From Candidatus Latescibacterota bacterium (GTDB lineage: Bacteria > Latescibacterota > UBA2968 > UBA8231): 64,000 nucleotides of DNA. The stretch covers positions 4,992,001-5,056,000 of the forward strand of contig CBDETY010000003.1 of the NCBI GenBank assembly GCA_965243025.1, in the 5' to 3' direction. The position numbers and the translations under genes were made by a program. Below are positions 45,928-56,340 of this stretch, piece by piece. Within the stretch, counting starts at the first letter, position 1, and each line of letters starts with the position of its first letter. The notes beneath the pieces were generated by a model. It saw only the letters and a list, made by a program, of their open reading frames with translations, was not told the origin of the DNA and did not search any database.

Positions 45928-46941
45928 ATGCTGAACGAGATCGAGATACTGAAAGCGCATGCTGAAGAAGTGATCGCCGCGGCGAAGGACGAGAAGACTC
46001 TGGAAGAGGTACGGGTTCAGCTCACCGGTCGAAGAAGCCGTATGCGCGAGATCATGAGCGGCATCGGATCCCTTCCTGCCGAACAAAGGCCTGCCGCAGG
46101 GCAGGCCGGGAGCGAGCTTCGGTCGGCGATCGAACAAGCCTTGGCATCCAGGCGCCGCCAACTCAAAGAGGAAAGCGAAGCCGAAGAAGCCCTCGACGTA
46201 ACGTTACCCGGCAGGAAGCCGGCAACAGGCAAGCTTCATCCTCTGACCCGGGTTGCAAATGAGGTAATCGATATCCTCAGGGGCATGGGATTCGCCATCG
46301 CCGACGGTCCGGAAATCGAGGACGAGTATCACAACTTCGACGCCCTGAACACCCCGGCCAATCACCCCGCCCGCGATCTGCACGCTACCATCTACCTCGA
46401 GAATGGCGAGCTGCTCCGAACGCAGACTTCGACCGTGCAGATACGAGTAATGGAGCAGATGAATCCTCCGGTCCGCGTCATCAGTCCGGGCCGTTGCTAC
46501 CGGCGTGACAACATCGACGCCACTCACCACGTGGTTTTCCACCAGATCGAGGGGCTTTACGTCGACAAGGGGGTCTCGATGGCCGACTTGAAGGGCACCT
46601 TGACGGCGATCGGGCGGGGAATTCTGGGCGAGGGTATCCAGACCAGGTTGAGGCCCCACTTCTTTCCCTTTACCGAACCCAGCGTCGAGTGTGATTTCTC
46701 CTGCAGTCTGTGCGAGGGCAAGAAGCGTACCTGCCGAGTCTGCAAAGGCAGCGGCTGGATCGAAGTCGCAGGCGCCGGCATGGTCGATCCGAACGTGTTC
46801 GAGGCGGTTGGATACGACCCGGAGGTGTACACCGGGTTCGCGTTCGGGCTCGGTTTCGAGCGGATCGAGATGATTCGCCGCGGCATCGACGATATCCGCC
46901 TTTTTCTCGAAAACGACCTGCGCTTCACCCGCCAGTTCTGA
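45928..46941 (+). CDS. pheS: Phenylalanine--tRNA ligase alpha subunit
   Basis: HPAR, LLRTQTS, FHQIEG, FPFTEPS, GFAFGLG.ER. Confidence 0.98.
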   Translation: MLNEIEILKAHAEEVIAAAKDEKTLEEVRVQLTGRRSRMREIMSGIGSLPAEQRPAAGQAGSELRSAIEQALASRRRQLKEESEAEEALDVTLPGRKPATGKLHPLTRVANEVIDILRGMGFAIADGPEIEDEYHNFDALNTPANHPARDLHATIYLENGELLRTQTSTVQIRVMEQMNPPVRVISPGRCYRRDNIDATHHVVFHQIEGLYVDKGVSMADLKGTLTAIGRGILGEGIQTRLRPHFFPFTEPSVECDFSCSLCEGKKRTCRVCKGSGWIEVAGAGMVDPNVFEAVGYDPEVYTGFAFGLGFERIEMIRRGIDDIRLFLENDLRFTRQF

Positions 46942-46992
46942 CAGGCACGGTTTCCCGTGGTCGCCATGCCGACCACAACTGCGAGCTGAGTT

Positions 46993-49374
46993 TTGAAAGT
47001 CACCCTCAATTGGCTCCGGGAGTACATCGACTTCGACTGGGACGCGGCCGAGCTCGAAAATCGCCTTACCATGTCCGGCCTGGAGTCCGAATCGCTGGAT
47101 GATCTCGGCGAGCGCTACCGCGGCGTTGTGGTCGGACGCGTAATGGCCCGTTCTCGACACCCCCGGGCCGACAGGCTGAGTGTTTGTCAGGTCGATGTCG
47201 GCGAAGCCGACAGGGCGACCATTGTCTGCGGTGCTCCAAACGTCGCCCCCGGGCAGAAGGTCGCCGTGATCCTCCCGGGCCACTCCCTCCCGAACGGCAC
47301 CGGGATAGAGCGAACCCGTATCAGGGGAGTGGAGTCGGAGGGCATGATCTGTTCGGAGGCGGAACTCGATCTCGGCACGGACGCCGACGGCATCCTCGTG
47401 CTTCCAGCCGACTGCGGGGTGGGAACGCCGTTCGCCGAAGCCACAGGACTCGATGACGTGGTCGTGGAATTCGAGGTCACCCCCAACCGCCCCGACTGCC
47501 TCTCCGTCGTCGGGATCGCAAGGGAAATACGGGCCCTGACCGGAGCGGAGCTCAGGCGGCCCGAAGAGGAACCAGCCGCATCGGGTGAATCAGGTTCAGC
47601 TTCGGCCAGCGTCGAGATCGAAGATGCGGCAGGCTGTCCGCGTTACGTCTGCCGGGTTGTGCGCGGCGTCGGAATCGGCCCCTCTCCGGTGTGGATGCAG
47701 CGTCGTCTGCAGGCGGTGGGAATGCGTCCTGTCAACAACGTCGTCGACGTGACCAACTTCGCCATGCTCGAACTTGGACAACCCCTTCACGCATTCGACC
47801 TGGCGACGATTCCCGACGGGAGCGTGGTTGTTCGCAGGGCGCGGGTCGGGGAGCGTCTGCGGTTGCTGGATGACAGGGACTGCGACCTCGATGAAAGCAT
47901 CCTGGTGATTGCTGACTGCCGGCGTCCGATCGCTCTCGCCGGAATCATGGGGGGCGCGGAGACCGAAGTGACCGGCAGGACAACCGACATCCTCCTGGAG
48001 TCGGCCTACTTTTCGCCGGAAACCGTTCGAGCCGGGGCTCGGCGGCTGGGCGTGAGCACCGAGGCATCCGCCCGCTTTGAGCGCGGAACCGACTGGGAGT
48101 TGCCGCCACTGGCCAGCGACAGGGCAGCAGGTTTGCTCGCGGAGTTGACCGGGGGAACCGTGGCTCCCGGTCGTATCGATGCCTACCCCTCTCCCTTGCA
48201 GCGGCCGAGAGTTCCACTGCGTACGGAGCGGGTAAATGCCCTGTTGTCCACGCGGTTGCGGGCGCGCGATTGCAAGCGGATTCTCGAACTGCTGGGGTGC
48301 GAGGTCGAACCTCGGGACGAAACCCTGCAGGTAACGGTTCCCGGGTTTCGTCCCGACCTCCGGCGCGAGGTCGACCTCGTCGAGGAAGTTGGCCGCATTT
48401 ACGGGTTCGACCGCATCGAAGCGAGCAGTTCTCTTCGGGGTCCGCTGGAAAACACGGTGGTCAGCGACTTCGAGATCCAGCAGGGGTTTCGCCAGCGAAT
48501 GACCGCCGCGGGAGTCGACGAGGTAGTGACCAGTACCATCGTCGACGGCGGTTGGACCTCTTGGAACCGGTTGCCGTCCGCCCCGGCTCTGGCCAATCCG
48601 GCGACCTCCAGCGACGTGTTGCGGTCTTCCCTCATACCCAGCCTCGCCGATGTCGCTCGCCGCAATTTCAACCGTCGCACCCGCACGGTCTGCATTTTCG
48701 AGATCGGGAAGTGTTTCCTCGATGGAGATGCCCAGGCAACAGCCCTCCACACCGAAAATCTGAGACTGGGTGGACTGTGGTTCGGTCTCGGAAAGGAGTC
48801 TTCCTGGCGGGATGAGCGTCGGCAGGTGGACTTTCTCGACTTGAAAGGTCTGATCGAGTCGGTAACGGAGGATCTGGACCCCGGGATTCACAGCGGAGCC
48901 CATCCCCTGATGCGCGTCGGGCACTGCGCCGAACTGAGCATTTCCGGGAAACCGGCGGGAAATCTCGGAGAGTGCAGCCGGGAACTTCGCGAAGCATTTG
49001 ATCTGCCTGAACCTGTGTATATTTTTGAGCTGGAATTCGAGGTGTTGGCGACGGCTTGGAAGGCGCGCGAGGCAGCCTTTCGGCCGCCCCCGAAGTTCCC
49101 CCCGATCGAACGCGATCTCGCGATCGTGCTGGATGAGTCGGTTCCGGCAGGCGAAGTCATCGCCGCTGTCCGGCAGGTCGATCCGAAGCTGATCGAATTC
49201 GTCGAGTTGTTCGATGTCTACACCGGCGACCAGGTAGGGCCTGGTGAAAAGAGTCTTGCCTTCAACCTGCGTTTGCGCTCGCCTGAGCGCACTTTGCAGG
49301 ATCGGGAGGCGGACGAGGTAATCGCGGGTGTGCTGGCGGATTTGGGGAGAGCTTTCGGTGTCAGGTTGCGATAA
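46993..49374 (+). CDS. pheT: Phenylalanine--tRNA ligase beta subunit
   Basis: IVCGAPN, GMICS, TPNRPD, RFERG, DLVEEV.RIYG, C-terminal FDX-ACB domain. Confidence 0.97.
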   Translation: MKVTLNWLREYIDFDWDAAELENRLTMSGLESESLDDLGERYRGVVVGRVMARSRHPRADRLSVCQVDVGEADRATIVCGAPNVAPGQKVAVILPGHSLPNGTGIERTRIRGVESEGMICSEAELDLGTDADGILVLPADCGVGTPFAEATGLDDVVVEFEVTPNRPDCLSVVGIAREIRALTGAELRRPEEEPAASGESGSASASVEIEDAAGCPRYVCRVVRGVGIGPSPVWMQRRLQAVGMRPVNNVVDVTNFAMLELGQPLHAFDLATIPDGSVVVRRARVGERLRLLDDRDCDLDESILVIADCRRPIALAGIMGGAETEVTGRTTDILLESAYFSPETVRAGARRLGVSTEASARFERGTDWELPPLASDRAAGLLAELTGGTVAPGRIDAYPSPLQRPRVPLRTERVNALLSTRLRARDCKRILELLGCEVEPRDETLQVTVPGFRPDLRREVDLVEEVGRIYGFDRIEASSSLRGPLENTVVSDFEIQQGFRQRMTAAGVDEVVTSTIVDGGWTSWNRLPSAPALANPATSSDVLRSSLIPSLADVARRNFNRRTRTVCIFEIGKCFLDGDAQATALHTENLRLGGLWFGLGKESSWRDERRQVDFLDLKGLIESVTEDLDPGIHSGAHPLMRVGHCAELSISGKPAGNLGECSRELREAFDLPEPVYIFELEFEVLATAWKAREAAFRPPPKFPPIERDLAIVLDESVPAGEVIAAVRQVDPKLIEFVELFDVYTGDQVGPGEKSLAFNLRLRSPERTLQDREADEVIAGVLADLGRAFGVRLR

Positions 49375-49394
49375 AGACAGGAGAAACGAGCGGG

Positions 49395-49673
49395 ATGGGA
49401 GTAGATGGAAATTTCAGGCGCCTGGAAAGTGAGGTTAACCGCCTCCTGGGGGTGCTGGAGCAGTTCCGGCAGGAGAACGAGACGCTTCGAGCGCAGGTGG
49501 AAGCCGGTGAATCGCTCAAGGTCGAGATTGAAGAGCTGAAGACCCGGCTCGTGAAGGCAGATGAAGAGAACCGCCAGGCGACCGAGGATCGGGAGCAGGT
49601 CAGGGAAAAAATCCAGGAGATCCTGACTCGTCTCGAGCAGGTTGCAATCGAGCATCCAGAGGCAGCAGAATAA
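49395..49673 (+). CDS. ZapB-like coiled-coil protein
   Basis: Heptad-rich 92 aa; pheT-X-zapA-rny synteny. Confidence 0.7.
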   Translation: MGVDGNFRRLESEVNRLLGVLEQFRQENETLRAQVEAGESLKVEIEELKTRLVKADEENRQATEDREQVREKIQEILTRLEQVAIEHPEAAE

Positions 49674-49721
49674 ACCCACACCCCGCTGGGAGTAACGGGA
49701 ACACCTTCCAGGGGAGGATCG

Positions 49722-50132
49722 ATGGACAGCGATCGCAGCAGCGGAGTGGATGTCGACATTCTCGACCGGAAGTACACCTTTGCCAGCAAGGACGCCGCCA
49801 CTTCACGGCAGATCGCAGAAATAGCAGCCCTGGTCGACGAAAAATTGAGGCGCGTTCAATCGGTCCACGGCTCCCGGCCTCCCCGGCATTCGGCAATTAT
49901 CGCCGCCCTCGAGTTGATCGACGAGCTTTTTTGTCTTCGCCAGCGCTATCAGTCGACGGAGGCCGATATAGCCATCCGCACCTCTCGCCTGACGACCAGT
50001 CTAGGCAGGTTGTTGCAGGATGTCGGTCCTCGCTGGCCCTCCGGAACCCGGGCTGAACGGCAAGCCGTCGCTGATTGGGACCGGCAGCAACCCCCCGCTG
50101 CCGAGGCGAATCCTGCCCGGGAAGATTCATAG
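49722..50132 (+). CDS. zapA: Cell division protein ZapA
   Basis: VDILDRKY, IAALVDEKL, AIIAAL.L.DEL motifs; synteny. Confidence 0.85.
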   Translation: MDSDRSSGVDVDILDRKYTFASKDAATSRQIAEIAALVDEKLRRVQSVHGSRPPRHSAIIAALELIDELFCLRQRYQSTEADIAIRTSRLTTSLGRLLQDVGPRWPSGTRAERQAVADWDRQQPPAAEANPAREDS

Positions 50133-50144
50133 ATCCAAAAAGAA

Positions 50145-51707
50145 ATGGCTATGGCAGGCGCCATATTGTCGGCTCTTGCATTGGTGGTGGTCGGCGCATT
50201 GGTCGGGTGGTTGTTGAATGCCCGCTTTCGGCGTGGGAGGGCAGCCGATGCCCAGGAAAGAGTTCAGCGCATCGTCGAGGATGCCCGCTGTGAAGTCGAG
50301 TCGATGAAGAAAACCGCAGCCCTCGAAGCCAAAGACGAGTGGCGGCGGGAGCGAGAGCCCCAGGAGCGCGAGATCGAGAATTCCCGGCGATCGTTGCGGG
50401 AACTGGAAACCGGTCTGTTGGAGCGGGAACGCCAGCTGGATCGCAAGGTCGATATTCTCGAAGGCAAGGAGCGGAGTCTCCTGAAGACCGAGAGGGAACT
50501 GTCGCAGCGAGAGGAACATATCGCGGCGAAGGAAGAAACAGTCAACGAGCGCGTCAGCGAGCAAGGGCGGCTTCTCGAGGAATTGGCGGGCCTGAGCCAG
50601 GCGGAAGTCAGGGCCATGCTCATCGAGCAGGAGGAAGACAGCGCCCGCCAGTTCGCCGCGCGCAAGGTCCGCGAAATCAGGGACGAGGCCGTGGCGATGG
50701 GGAATCGCGAAGCCAAGGAAATCATTTCCCGGTCTATCCAACGCTATGCGGGAGAGTTGGCGCGCGAGAGCACGGTTTCCGTCGTCAGCCTTCCCTCAGA
50801 GGAGATGAAGGGGCGTATCATCGGTCGGGACGGCCGCAACATTCGCTCTTTCGACATGATTACCGGCGTGGAGGTCATTGTCGACGACACTCCCGGAGTC
50901 GTCATGCTCTCCAGCTTTGATCCGTTGCGTCGCGAGGTTGCGAGGAACGCTCTGGAAAAGCTTATCCTCGATGGCCGCATTCACCCCGGACGCATAGAGG
51001 AGGCGTATGAGAAAGCTCGGGAGGATGTCGAGGAGATGATTCGCGAGTCGGGATCCAAAGCGGCCTTCGACCTCGGCATCCACGACATGGCCGAGCCGCT
51101 GCTCGAACTCCTCGGCAAACTGAGATTCCTTTCCAGCTACGGCCAGAACCTCCTGGTTCATTCTCAGGAAGTCGGCATGCTTGCAGGCACCATGGCGGAG
51201 AGCCTCGAAATCGACGCCAACCTCGCGCGCCGCGCGGGACTGCTGCACGACATCGGCAAGGCGATGGAGTTCCAGATCGGAACCGACAGTGCTCAATCGA
51301 GCGGAGCCCTGGCGCGCAAGTGCGGTGAAAGTCCGGAAGTCGTCGAGGTTATCGAGACTCACGATCTCGAGATGCCCACGCGTTCCGCGATTGCCATCAT
51401 CGTAAAGGCAGCGGACGAGATCTCGACCAGCAGGCCGGGGGCCCGCAAGGAAAAGGCGGAGGATTACGTGCGTCGCATGCGCGAGATCGAGGAGATTGCC
51501 AGCGCCAACCCAGGGGTCAAAACCGCCCATGCGCTCCAAAACGGCAGGGAAGTTCGCGTCCTCGTCGACAGCGCCACGGTTGACGACGCCTATGCCGATC
51601 AGCTGGCCGAAGAAATAACCGAGACTCTCGAGGAAGAACTCGGACAGCCCGGCCAGATCAAGGTCTGCGTGATACGCGAAGTGCGCGCGGTTCATTTCGC
51701 CCGCTGA
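50145..51707 (+). CDS. rny: Ribonuclease Y
   Basis: N-terminal TM, coiled coil, KH domain (KGRIIGRDGRNIR), HD domain (LLHDIGKA), SRPGAR. Confidence 0.95.
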   Translation: MAMAGAILSALALVVVGALVGWLLNARFRRGRAADAQERVQRIVEDARCEVESMKKTAALEAKDEWRREREPQEREIENSRRSLRELETGLLERERQLDRKVDILEGKERSLLKTERELSQREEHIAAKEETVNERVSEQGRLLEELAGLSQAEVRAMLIEQEEDSARQFAARKVREIRDEAVAMGNREAKEIISRSIQRYAGELARESTVSVVSLPSEEMKGRIIGRDGRNIRSFDMITGVEVIVDDTPGVVMLSSFDPLRREVARNALEKLILDGRIHPGRIEEAYEKAREDVEEMIRESGSKAAFDLGIHDMAEPLLELLGKLRFLSSYGQNLLVHSQEVGMLAGTMAESLEIDANLARRAGLLHDIGKAMEFQIGTDSAQSSGALARKCGESPEVVEVIETHDLEMPTRSAIAIIVKAADEISTSRPGARKEKAEDYVRRMREIEEIASANPGVKTAHALQNGREVRVLVDSATVDDAYADQLAEEITETLEEELGQPGQIKVCVIREVRAVHFAR

Positions 51708-51721
51708 ATCCGCGGCCCGCA

Positions 51722-52540
51722 TTGAGAATCCTTTTCGCAGCCGACATCTACGCCCGGCCCGGGAGGCGTGTCGCGGCTGATGTCATTCCACGCCTTGTGC
51801 GCGAGCGCGCAATCGATCTGTGCATAGCGAACGGGGAGAACGCCGCGGGGGGTTTCGGCATGACCGAAACGATCGCCCGCAAGCTGCACAGTTACGGGGT
51901 GGATGTAATTACTTCCGGCAATCACATCTGGAATCGGGCGGACTTCGCTCGTTTCCTGTCCAAGTCGGACAGGGTGCTGCGACCCTTGAATTATCCCAGG
52001 GAGGCTCCCGGGTGGGGATCGACCATCGTACCCGCCAAGTCTGGAACGCCGGTGGGGGTGGTCAACCTGCAAGGGCGGACCTTCATGCCCACCATAAACT
52101 GTCCGTTCGTGCTCGGGCGGGAGGAAGCCGAACGGCTGAAAAGAGAAACACCGGTCGTTTTCGTCGACTTCCACGCTGAAGCCACGGCGGAAAAGGTCGC
52201 TCTGGGGCGCTATCTCGACGGGATCGCCTCGGCTGTCATCGGGACCCACACCCATGTCCAGACGGCGGACGAACGCGTGCTTTCCGGAGGAACGGCTTAC
52301 CTCACCGACGCGGGGATGACCGGGGTCCAGGATTCGGTGATCGGCACGCGTTCGGAAATCGCGGTGAGACGCTTCGTCGAGCAGGTGCCGGCACGTTTCA
52401 AGCCGGCGGAAGGCAGGGCGGTTTTTTGCGGCGCGGTAATCGAGGTCGACGAGACCGACGGTCGCGCCCTTGGCATCGAGCGCCTGCAGATCTCGGAGAG
52501 CCGCACGGCAGCTTGGGTCCCGGACGACGAGGAAGAGTGA
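51722..52540 (+). CDS. YmdB-like metallophosphoesterase (TIGR00282)
   Basis: NGENAAGG, TSGNH, DFHAEAT.EK, GTHTHV; follows rny. Confidence 0.95.
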   Translation: MRILFAADIYARPGRRVAADVIPRLVRERAIDLCIANGENAAGGFGMTETIARKLHSYGVDVITSGNHIWNRADFARFLSKSDRVLRPLNYPREAPGWGSTIVPAKSGTPVGVVNLQGRTFMPTINCPFVLGREEAERLKRETPVVFVDFHAEATAEKVALGRYLDGIASAVIGTHTHVQTADERVLSGGTAYLTDAGMTGVQDSVIGTRSEIAVRRFVEQVPARFKPAEGRAVFCGAVIEVDETDGRALGIERLQISESRTAAWVPDDEEE

Positions 52541-53787
52541 TGGCAAACCGGGCCCTGACAGTCTCGGAGATCACGGCGCGGGTAAAAAGCGTTCTGGAAG
52601 ACTCGCTCGAGATGGGTTGGGTCATCGGCGAGGTATCAGATTTTTCGCGCGCTTCGTCCGGACACTGCTACTGGACCCTGCGGGACGAGTCGAGTCAGAT
52701 CAGCTGCGTGATGTTTCGGTTTTACGCCCGCGAGCTGACCTTCATTCCCGAGCCGGGTGTACAGCTGCTGGTCTACGGCAACGTCTCGGTCTACGAGCGC
52801 GGAGGACGCTACCAGTTGCACGTGTACTGGGTGCAGCCGGTCGGGGTCGGTGAGATGGCGGTCGCTTTCGAGCGCCTTCGCGACCGCTTGGCAGCGGAGG
52901 GCCTGTTCGCGGAGGAACGGAAGAAACCCCTGCCGCGATTTCCGCGGTGCGTCGGGGTTGTAACCTCCGCCAGCGGAGCGGCAGTCAGGGACATCCTTCA
53001 GATCGTGCAGCGGCGCTCACCGGGAGTGCAGATCGTGTTGCGCCCTACGCGGGTACAAGGTCCCGGTGCCGCCGAGGCAATCGCACACGGAATCGCCGAT
53101 CTGAACGCCCATTCCGACGCGGACCTGCTGATCGTCGGCCGCGGCGGCGGGTCGCCGGAGGATCTGTGGCCATTCAACGAGGAAGTGGTGGCCCGCGCGA
53201 TACACAACTCCCGCCTTCCGGTGGTATCTGCCGTGGGACACGAGATCGACTATACGATCGCCGATTACGCAGCCGATCTCCGCGCACCAACTCCTTCCGC
53301 CGCGGCCGAGCTGGCGACCCCCGACCAGATGGAGCTGCGGCGGGAAGTCGCCGCGCGTACCAGGGCTCTGCTGCGGGCAAGCCGCGAACGCCTCGCCGAG
53401 TCCAGGCAGCGCTTGGAAGACCGCGACCCCGAGCGTTTGCTGTACGCCCTGCGGGGGCGCCTGGAGCAATCGGAGCAGAGCCTGGACGAGATGCGCCGCC
53501 GGCTCGTCGACGCCCTGGACCGGCACCTGAAAAAAACGGGGTCCCGTTTCGTGACGTCCGTTCTGCGGCTGAAATCCACCGATCCGCTCGCCGGCTTGTC
53601 GCGCGGGTTTGCCTACTGTTCGCATGCCGGCAGCGGTCTGTCCGTGAGCAAAGGCGGCGACCTGAGTCCCGGTGACCGCTTGCGGCTGCGTTTCGCGGAG
53701 GGAGAGGCGGGTTGTCTCGTCGAGGAGGTCTCACCGGGCAGTCGGTTCACCACCCGGACGGCACCCGGGACCAAAGGCAATGGCTGA
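52540..53787 (+). CDS. xseA: Exodeoxyribonuclease VII large subunit
   Basis: SGH.Y..L.D OB fold, VGRGGGS.EDLW.FN, SAVGHE.D, PTPSAAAE. Confidence 0.97.
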   Translation: MANRALTVSEITARVKSVLEDSLEMGWVIGEVSDFSRASSGHCYWTLRDESSQISCVMFRFYARELTFIPEPGVQLLVYGNVSVYERGGRYQLHVYWVQPVGVGEMAVAFERLRDRLAAEGLFAEERKKPLPRFPRCVGVVTSASGAAVRDILQIVQRRSPGVQIVLRPTRVQGPGAAEAIAHGIADLNAHSDADLLIVGRGGGSPEDLWPFNEEVVARAIHNSRLPVVSAVGHEIDYTIADYAADLRAPTPSAAAELATPDQMELRREVAARTRALLRASRERLAESRQRLEDRDPERLLYALRGRLEQSEQSLDEMRRRLVDALDRHLKKTGSRFVTSVLRLKSTDPLAGLSRGFAYCSHAGSGLSVSKGGDLSPGDRLRLRFAEGEAGCLVEEVSPGSRFTTRTAPGTKGNG

Positions 53788-54058
53788 AGACTCGACCGCT
53801 CCCCAGAGTTTCGAAGAGGCGATGGCGCTGCTGGAAGAAAGCGTAGAGCGCCTGGAGTCCGGGACCCTGACGCTGGAGGAGTCGCTATTGGTCTTCGAGC
53901 GTGGAGTTGCGGCCTCGCGTGCCTGTGGCAGGATGCTGGATCAGACGCGCAAGCGGGTCCAGGTTCTGATAGAGAAAGTCGGGGGAGAGTTCGAGCTCGA
54001 GTTTCTCGAAGAAACACCCGACCAGGACTTCGATACCGGGACTGAGGGCAGGCGGTGA
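53780..54058 (+). CDS. xseB: Exodeoxyribonuclease VII small subunit
   Basis: SFEEAM..LE..V..LESG.L.LEESL..FERG. Confidence 0.95.
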   Translation: MAEDSTAPQSFEEAMALLEESVERLESGTLTLEESLLVFERGVAASRACGRMLDQTRKRVQVLIEKVGGEFELEFLEETPDQDFDTGTEGRR

Positions 54059-55764
54059 TGCTGACCCGGCTCCTGATTGAAAACTTCGCGCTGATCGAGC
54101 ACGCCGAGATCGAATTCGATCGCGGACTCAACATCATCACAGGGGAAACCGGCGCCGGAAAGTCTATTCTTCTCGGCGCCCTGAACTGCATTCTCGGCGG
54201 GACGGCGAGATCCGACCTGATTCGCGGCGGCTGCGACCGCTGTGCGGTCGAGGGACTGTTCGAGTTCGATGAGGCCGGCGCAGGCAGGCAAGCCTTGAAA
54301 AGGTTGGGGCAGATGGGAGTCGAAGTCACCGGTCAACAGCTTGCACTGCGGCGCGAAATCAGGGAGAGCACCCGCTCCCGCGCCTTTGTCGACGGCCGTA
54401 TCGTGCCGCTGAAAAGGCTGCAGGAGATCGGGGGAGCCCTGATCGATCTTCACGGACAGCACGAGCACCAGTCTCTTCTCGACGAGGACCAGCACGCCCG
54501 TTTCCTCGACACCTGCGCACAGCTGGGGGAATCCGCAGCCGGCGTGGGCGCTTCCTTCCACGAGGTGGAGCGCTGCGCGGAGGAGCTGGCGAACCTCGAG
54601 CGCGAACGCGCCGCGTTGCTGCGAGAGGAGGAGCTCCGCGCTTTCCAGCTCGAGGAAATCCGGCGCATCGGCCCCGAGGAGGGAGAGGACGAGCTCCTGG
54701 AAACGGAGGTGAAAGTGCTGGCAAACCAGGCCGAGCTCTCCTCCGAAGTAGGTTCTGTCTTCGATCGGCTGTATCGGAACGACGGAGCCACCGTGGAGGT
54801 TCTGGGTGGGTGCCGGCGCCAGCTGGATCGCCTCATCGAGATCGACCCCCGTCTCGGGCGGCTTGCCGAGGAGGTGGAGCAGCTGCTGTTTCGCGCCGAG
54901 GACGTGGCAGCCGGCTTCAGGGAGTATCTCGATCGCCTCGAGCCCGACCCCGAGCGGCTGGAACAGGCTCGGGAGCGTCTGTTCGAGCTCGGCCGCCTGA
55001 CCCGGAAGTACGGTGGCACACTGGCCGACGTGGCCCGGACCGCACGGGAACTGGAGGTCGCAGGAGATCGCCTGGAGGAAATGGAGAGCGCGATCGCTGC
55101 GGCGGGCGGCCGCTACGCCGAAATCGTGGGAAATTTTGCCCGGGACTGCCGGGTTCTGTCAGGGCGGAGGGAGAAAGCCGCATCTGCGCTGGCAGGAGAG
55201 GTTGAGAAGGGACTCGGGGCCCTGGGGATCCCCGGTGCCAGTTTCAAAGCGAGGTGCACCCGGGAGCAGGATCCGAACGGCCTCGTTGAAATCGACGGGG
55301 TTCGCTACCGGGCCGACGCCGCCGGGGTCGAGAAAGTGGTTTTTTTCATTACAACCAACCCCGGGGAGCCGCCCCGCCCCCTCGCACGTGTCGCCTCGGG
55401 CGGGGAGATATCGCGCATCATGCTCGTGCTCAAGGGGATCATCGCCGAGCGGGACGTGGTGTCTACCCTCGTTTTCGACGAGATCGACTCCGGTATCTCC
55501 GGGCGCATCGCCAGCGCAGTCGGGCAGCGGCTCAAACACCTCGCCCACTCCCACCAGGCGATTGCGATCACGCATCTGCCGCAGATAGCCAGTCTGGCTG
55601 ACTGTCATTTCTCGGTACGCAAGGTCCAGCGCCGCGGGCGCACCGTGACCGAGGTCCACCGCCTGTCCGATGCATCCGAGCGCCGAGACGAAGTCGCCCG
55701 CCTGCTGGCAGGGGAGTCGGTATCGGAAACAGCGCGACAGCACGCCGAAGAACTGCTCAGGTGA
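54055..55764 (+). CDS. recN: DNA repair protein RecN
   Basis: TGETGAGKS Walker A, HGQHEHQ, ASGGE.SR, FDEID, THLPQIA. Confidence 0.97.
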   Translation: MMLTRLLIENFALIEHAEIEFDRGLNIITGETGAGKSILLGALNCILGGTARSDLIRGGCDRCAVEGLFEFDEAGAGRQALKRLGQMGVEVTGQQLALRREIRESTRSRAFVDGRIVPLKRLQEIGGALIDLHGQHEHQSLLDEDQHARFLDTCAQLGESAAGVGASFHEVERCAEELANLERERAALLREEELRAFQLEEIRRIGPEEGEDELLETEVKVLANQAELSSEVGSVFDRLYRNDGATVEVLGGCRRQLDRLIEIDPRLGRLAEEVEQLLFRAEDVAAGFREYLDRLEPDPERLEQARERLFELGRLTRKYGGTLADVARTARELEVAGDRLEEMESAIAAAGGRYAEIVGNFARDCRVLSGRREKAASALAGEVEKGLGALGIPGASFKARCTREQDPNGLVEIDGVRYRADAAGVEKVVFFITTNPGEPPRPLARVASGGEISRIMLVLKGIIAERDVVSTLVFDEIDSGISGRIASAVGQRLKHLAHSHQAIAITHLPQIASLADCHFSVRKVQRRGRTVTEVHRLSDASERRDEVARLLAGESVSETARQHAEELLR

Positions 55765-56318
55765 CCGCCGCAGGGACTCTTTCCGCGCTTCCGAATGCGC
55801 TCAGCGCTCTGCGCGTCGCCCTTGTTCCTGTATTGCTGGTGAGTCTGCGCCGGGACGCCGAAACCGGGGGGGGCGCCGGGGCATCCTGGCTTTCGGGTGC
55901 TATCCTGATCGGGGCAGCAGCCACCGATTTCCTGGACGGCTATTGCGCCCGCCGGCTCGGGTTTGTTTCGCGAACCGGCAAGATCCTCGATCCCCTGGCC
56001 GACAAGATCGCCGTCGGCGGACTCGGTTTGGCGCTGGTTGCGTGGTTCGGCTTTCCGGTGTGGCTGATTGCCTTGCAGCTCGTCAGGGATGCCGCCATCG
56101 TGGCGGTGGGCGTGTACCTGTTCCGAACTCGCGGGCTGGTCCTTTCCCCCTCGCCGCTGGGAAAGGGCGCCACCGCCACCATGGTTCTCGCCCTGGCCTG
56201 TTACGTTTTTGGCGCCCCTCCCGGTGTGGCGCTGGCCGCGGTCGCAACTGCAGCCGCTTTGCTGCTGGCGTCGAGCATCGATTACCTTCGCCGCGTGCTG
56301 CGAATTCAATCCAGTTGA
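55761..56318 (+). CDS. CDP-alcohol phosphatidyltransferase (PgsA-like)
   Basis: PN.LS..R and D..DG..AR......G..LDP.ADK signature. Confidence 0.92.
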   Translation: MTAAGTLSALPNALSALRVALVPVLLVSLRRDAETGGGAGASWLSGAILIGAAATDFLDGYCARRLGFVSRTGKILDPLADKIAVGGLGLALVAWFGFPVWLIALQLVRDAAIVAVGVYLFRTRGLVLSPSPLGKGATATMVLALACYVFGAPPGVALAAVATAAALLLASSIDYLRRVLRIQSS

Positions 56319-56340
56319 ACCCAACTGCAGGAGTCGACCG

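Noticed and set aside
50020-50145. 6S RNA expected between zapA and rny
   Set aside because: The gap is only 12 bp and I see no 6S-like rod structure in the zapA 3' extension.
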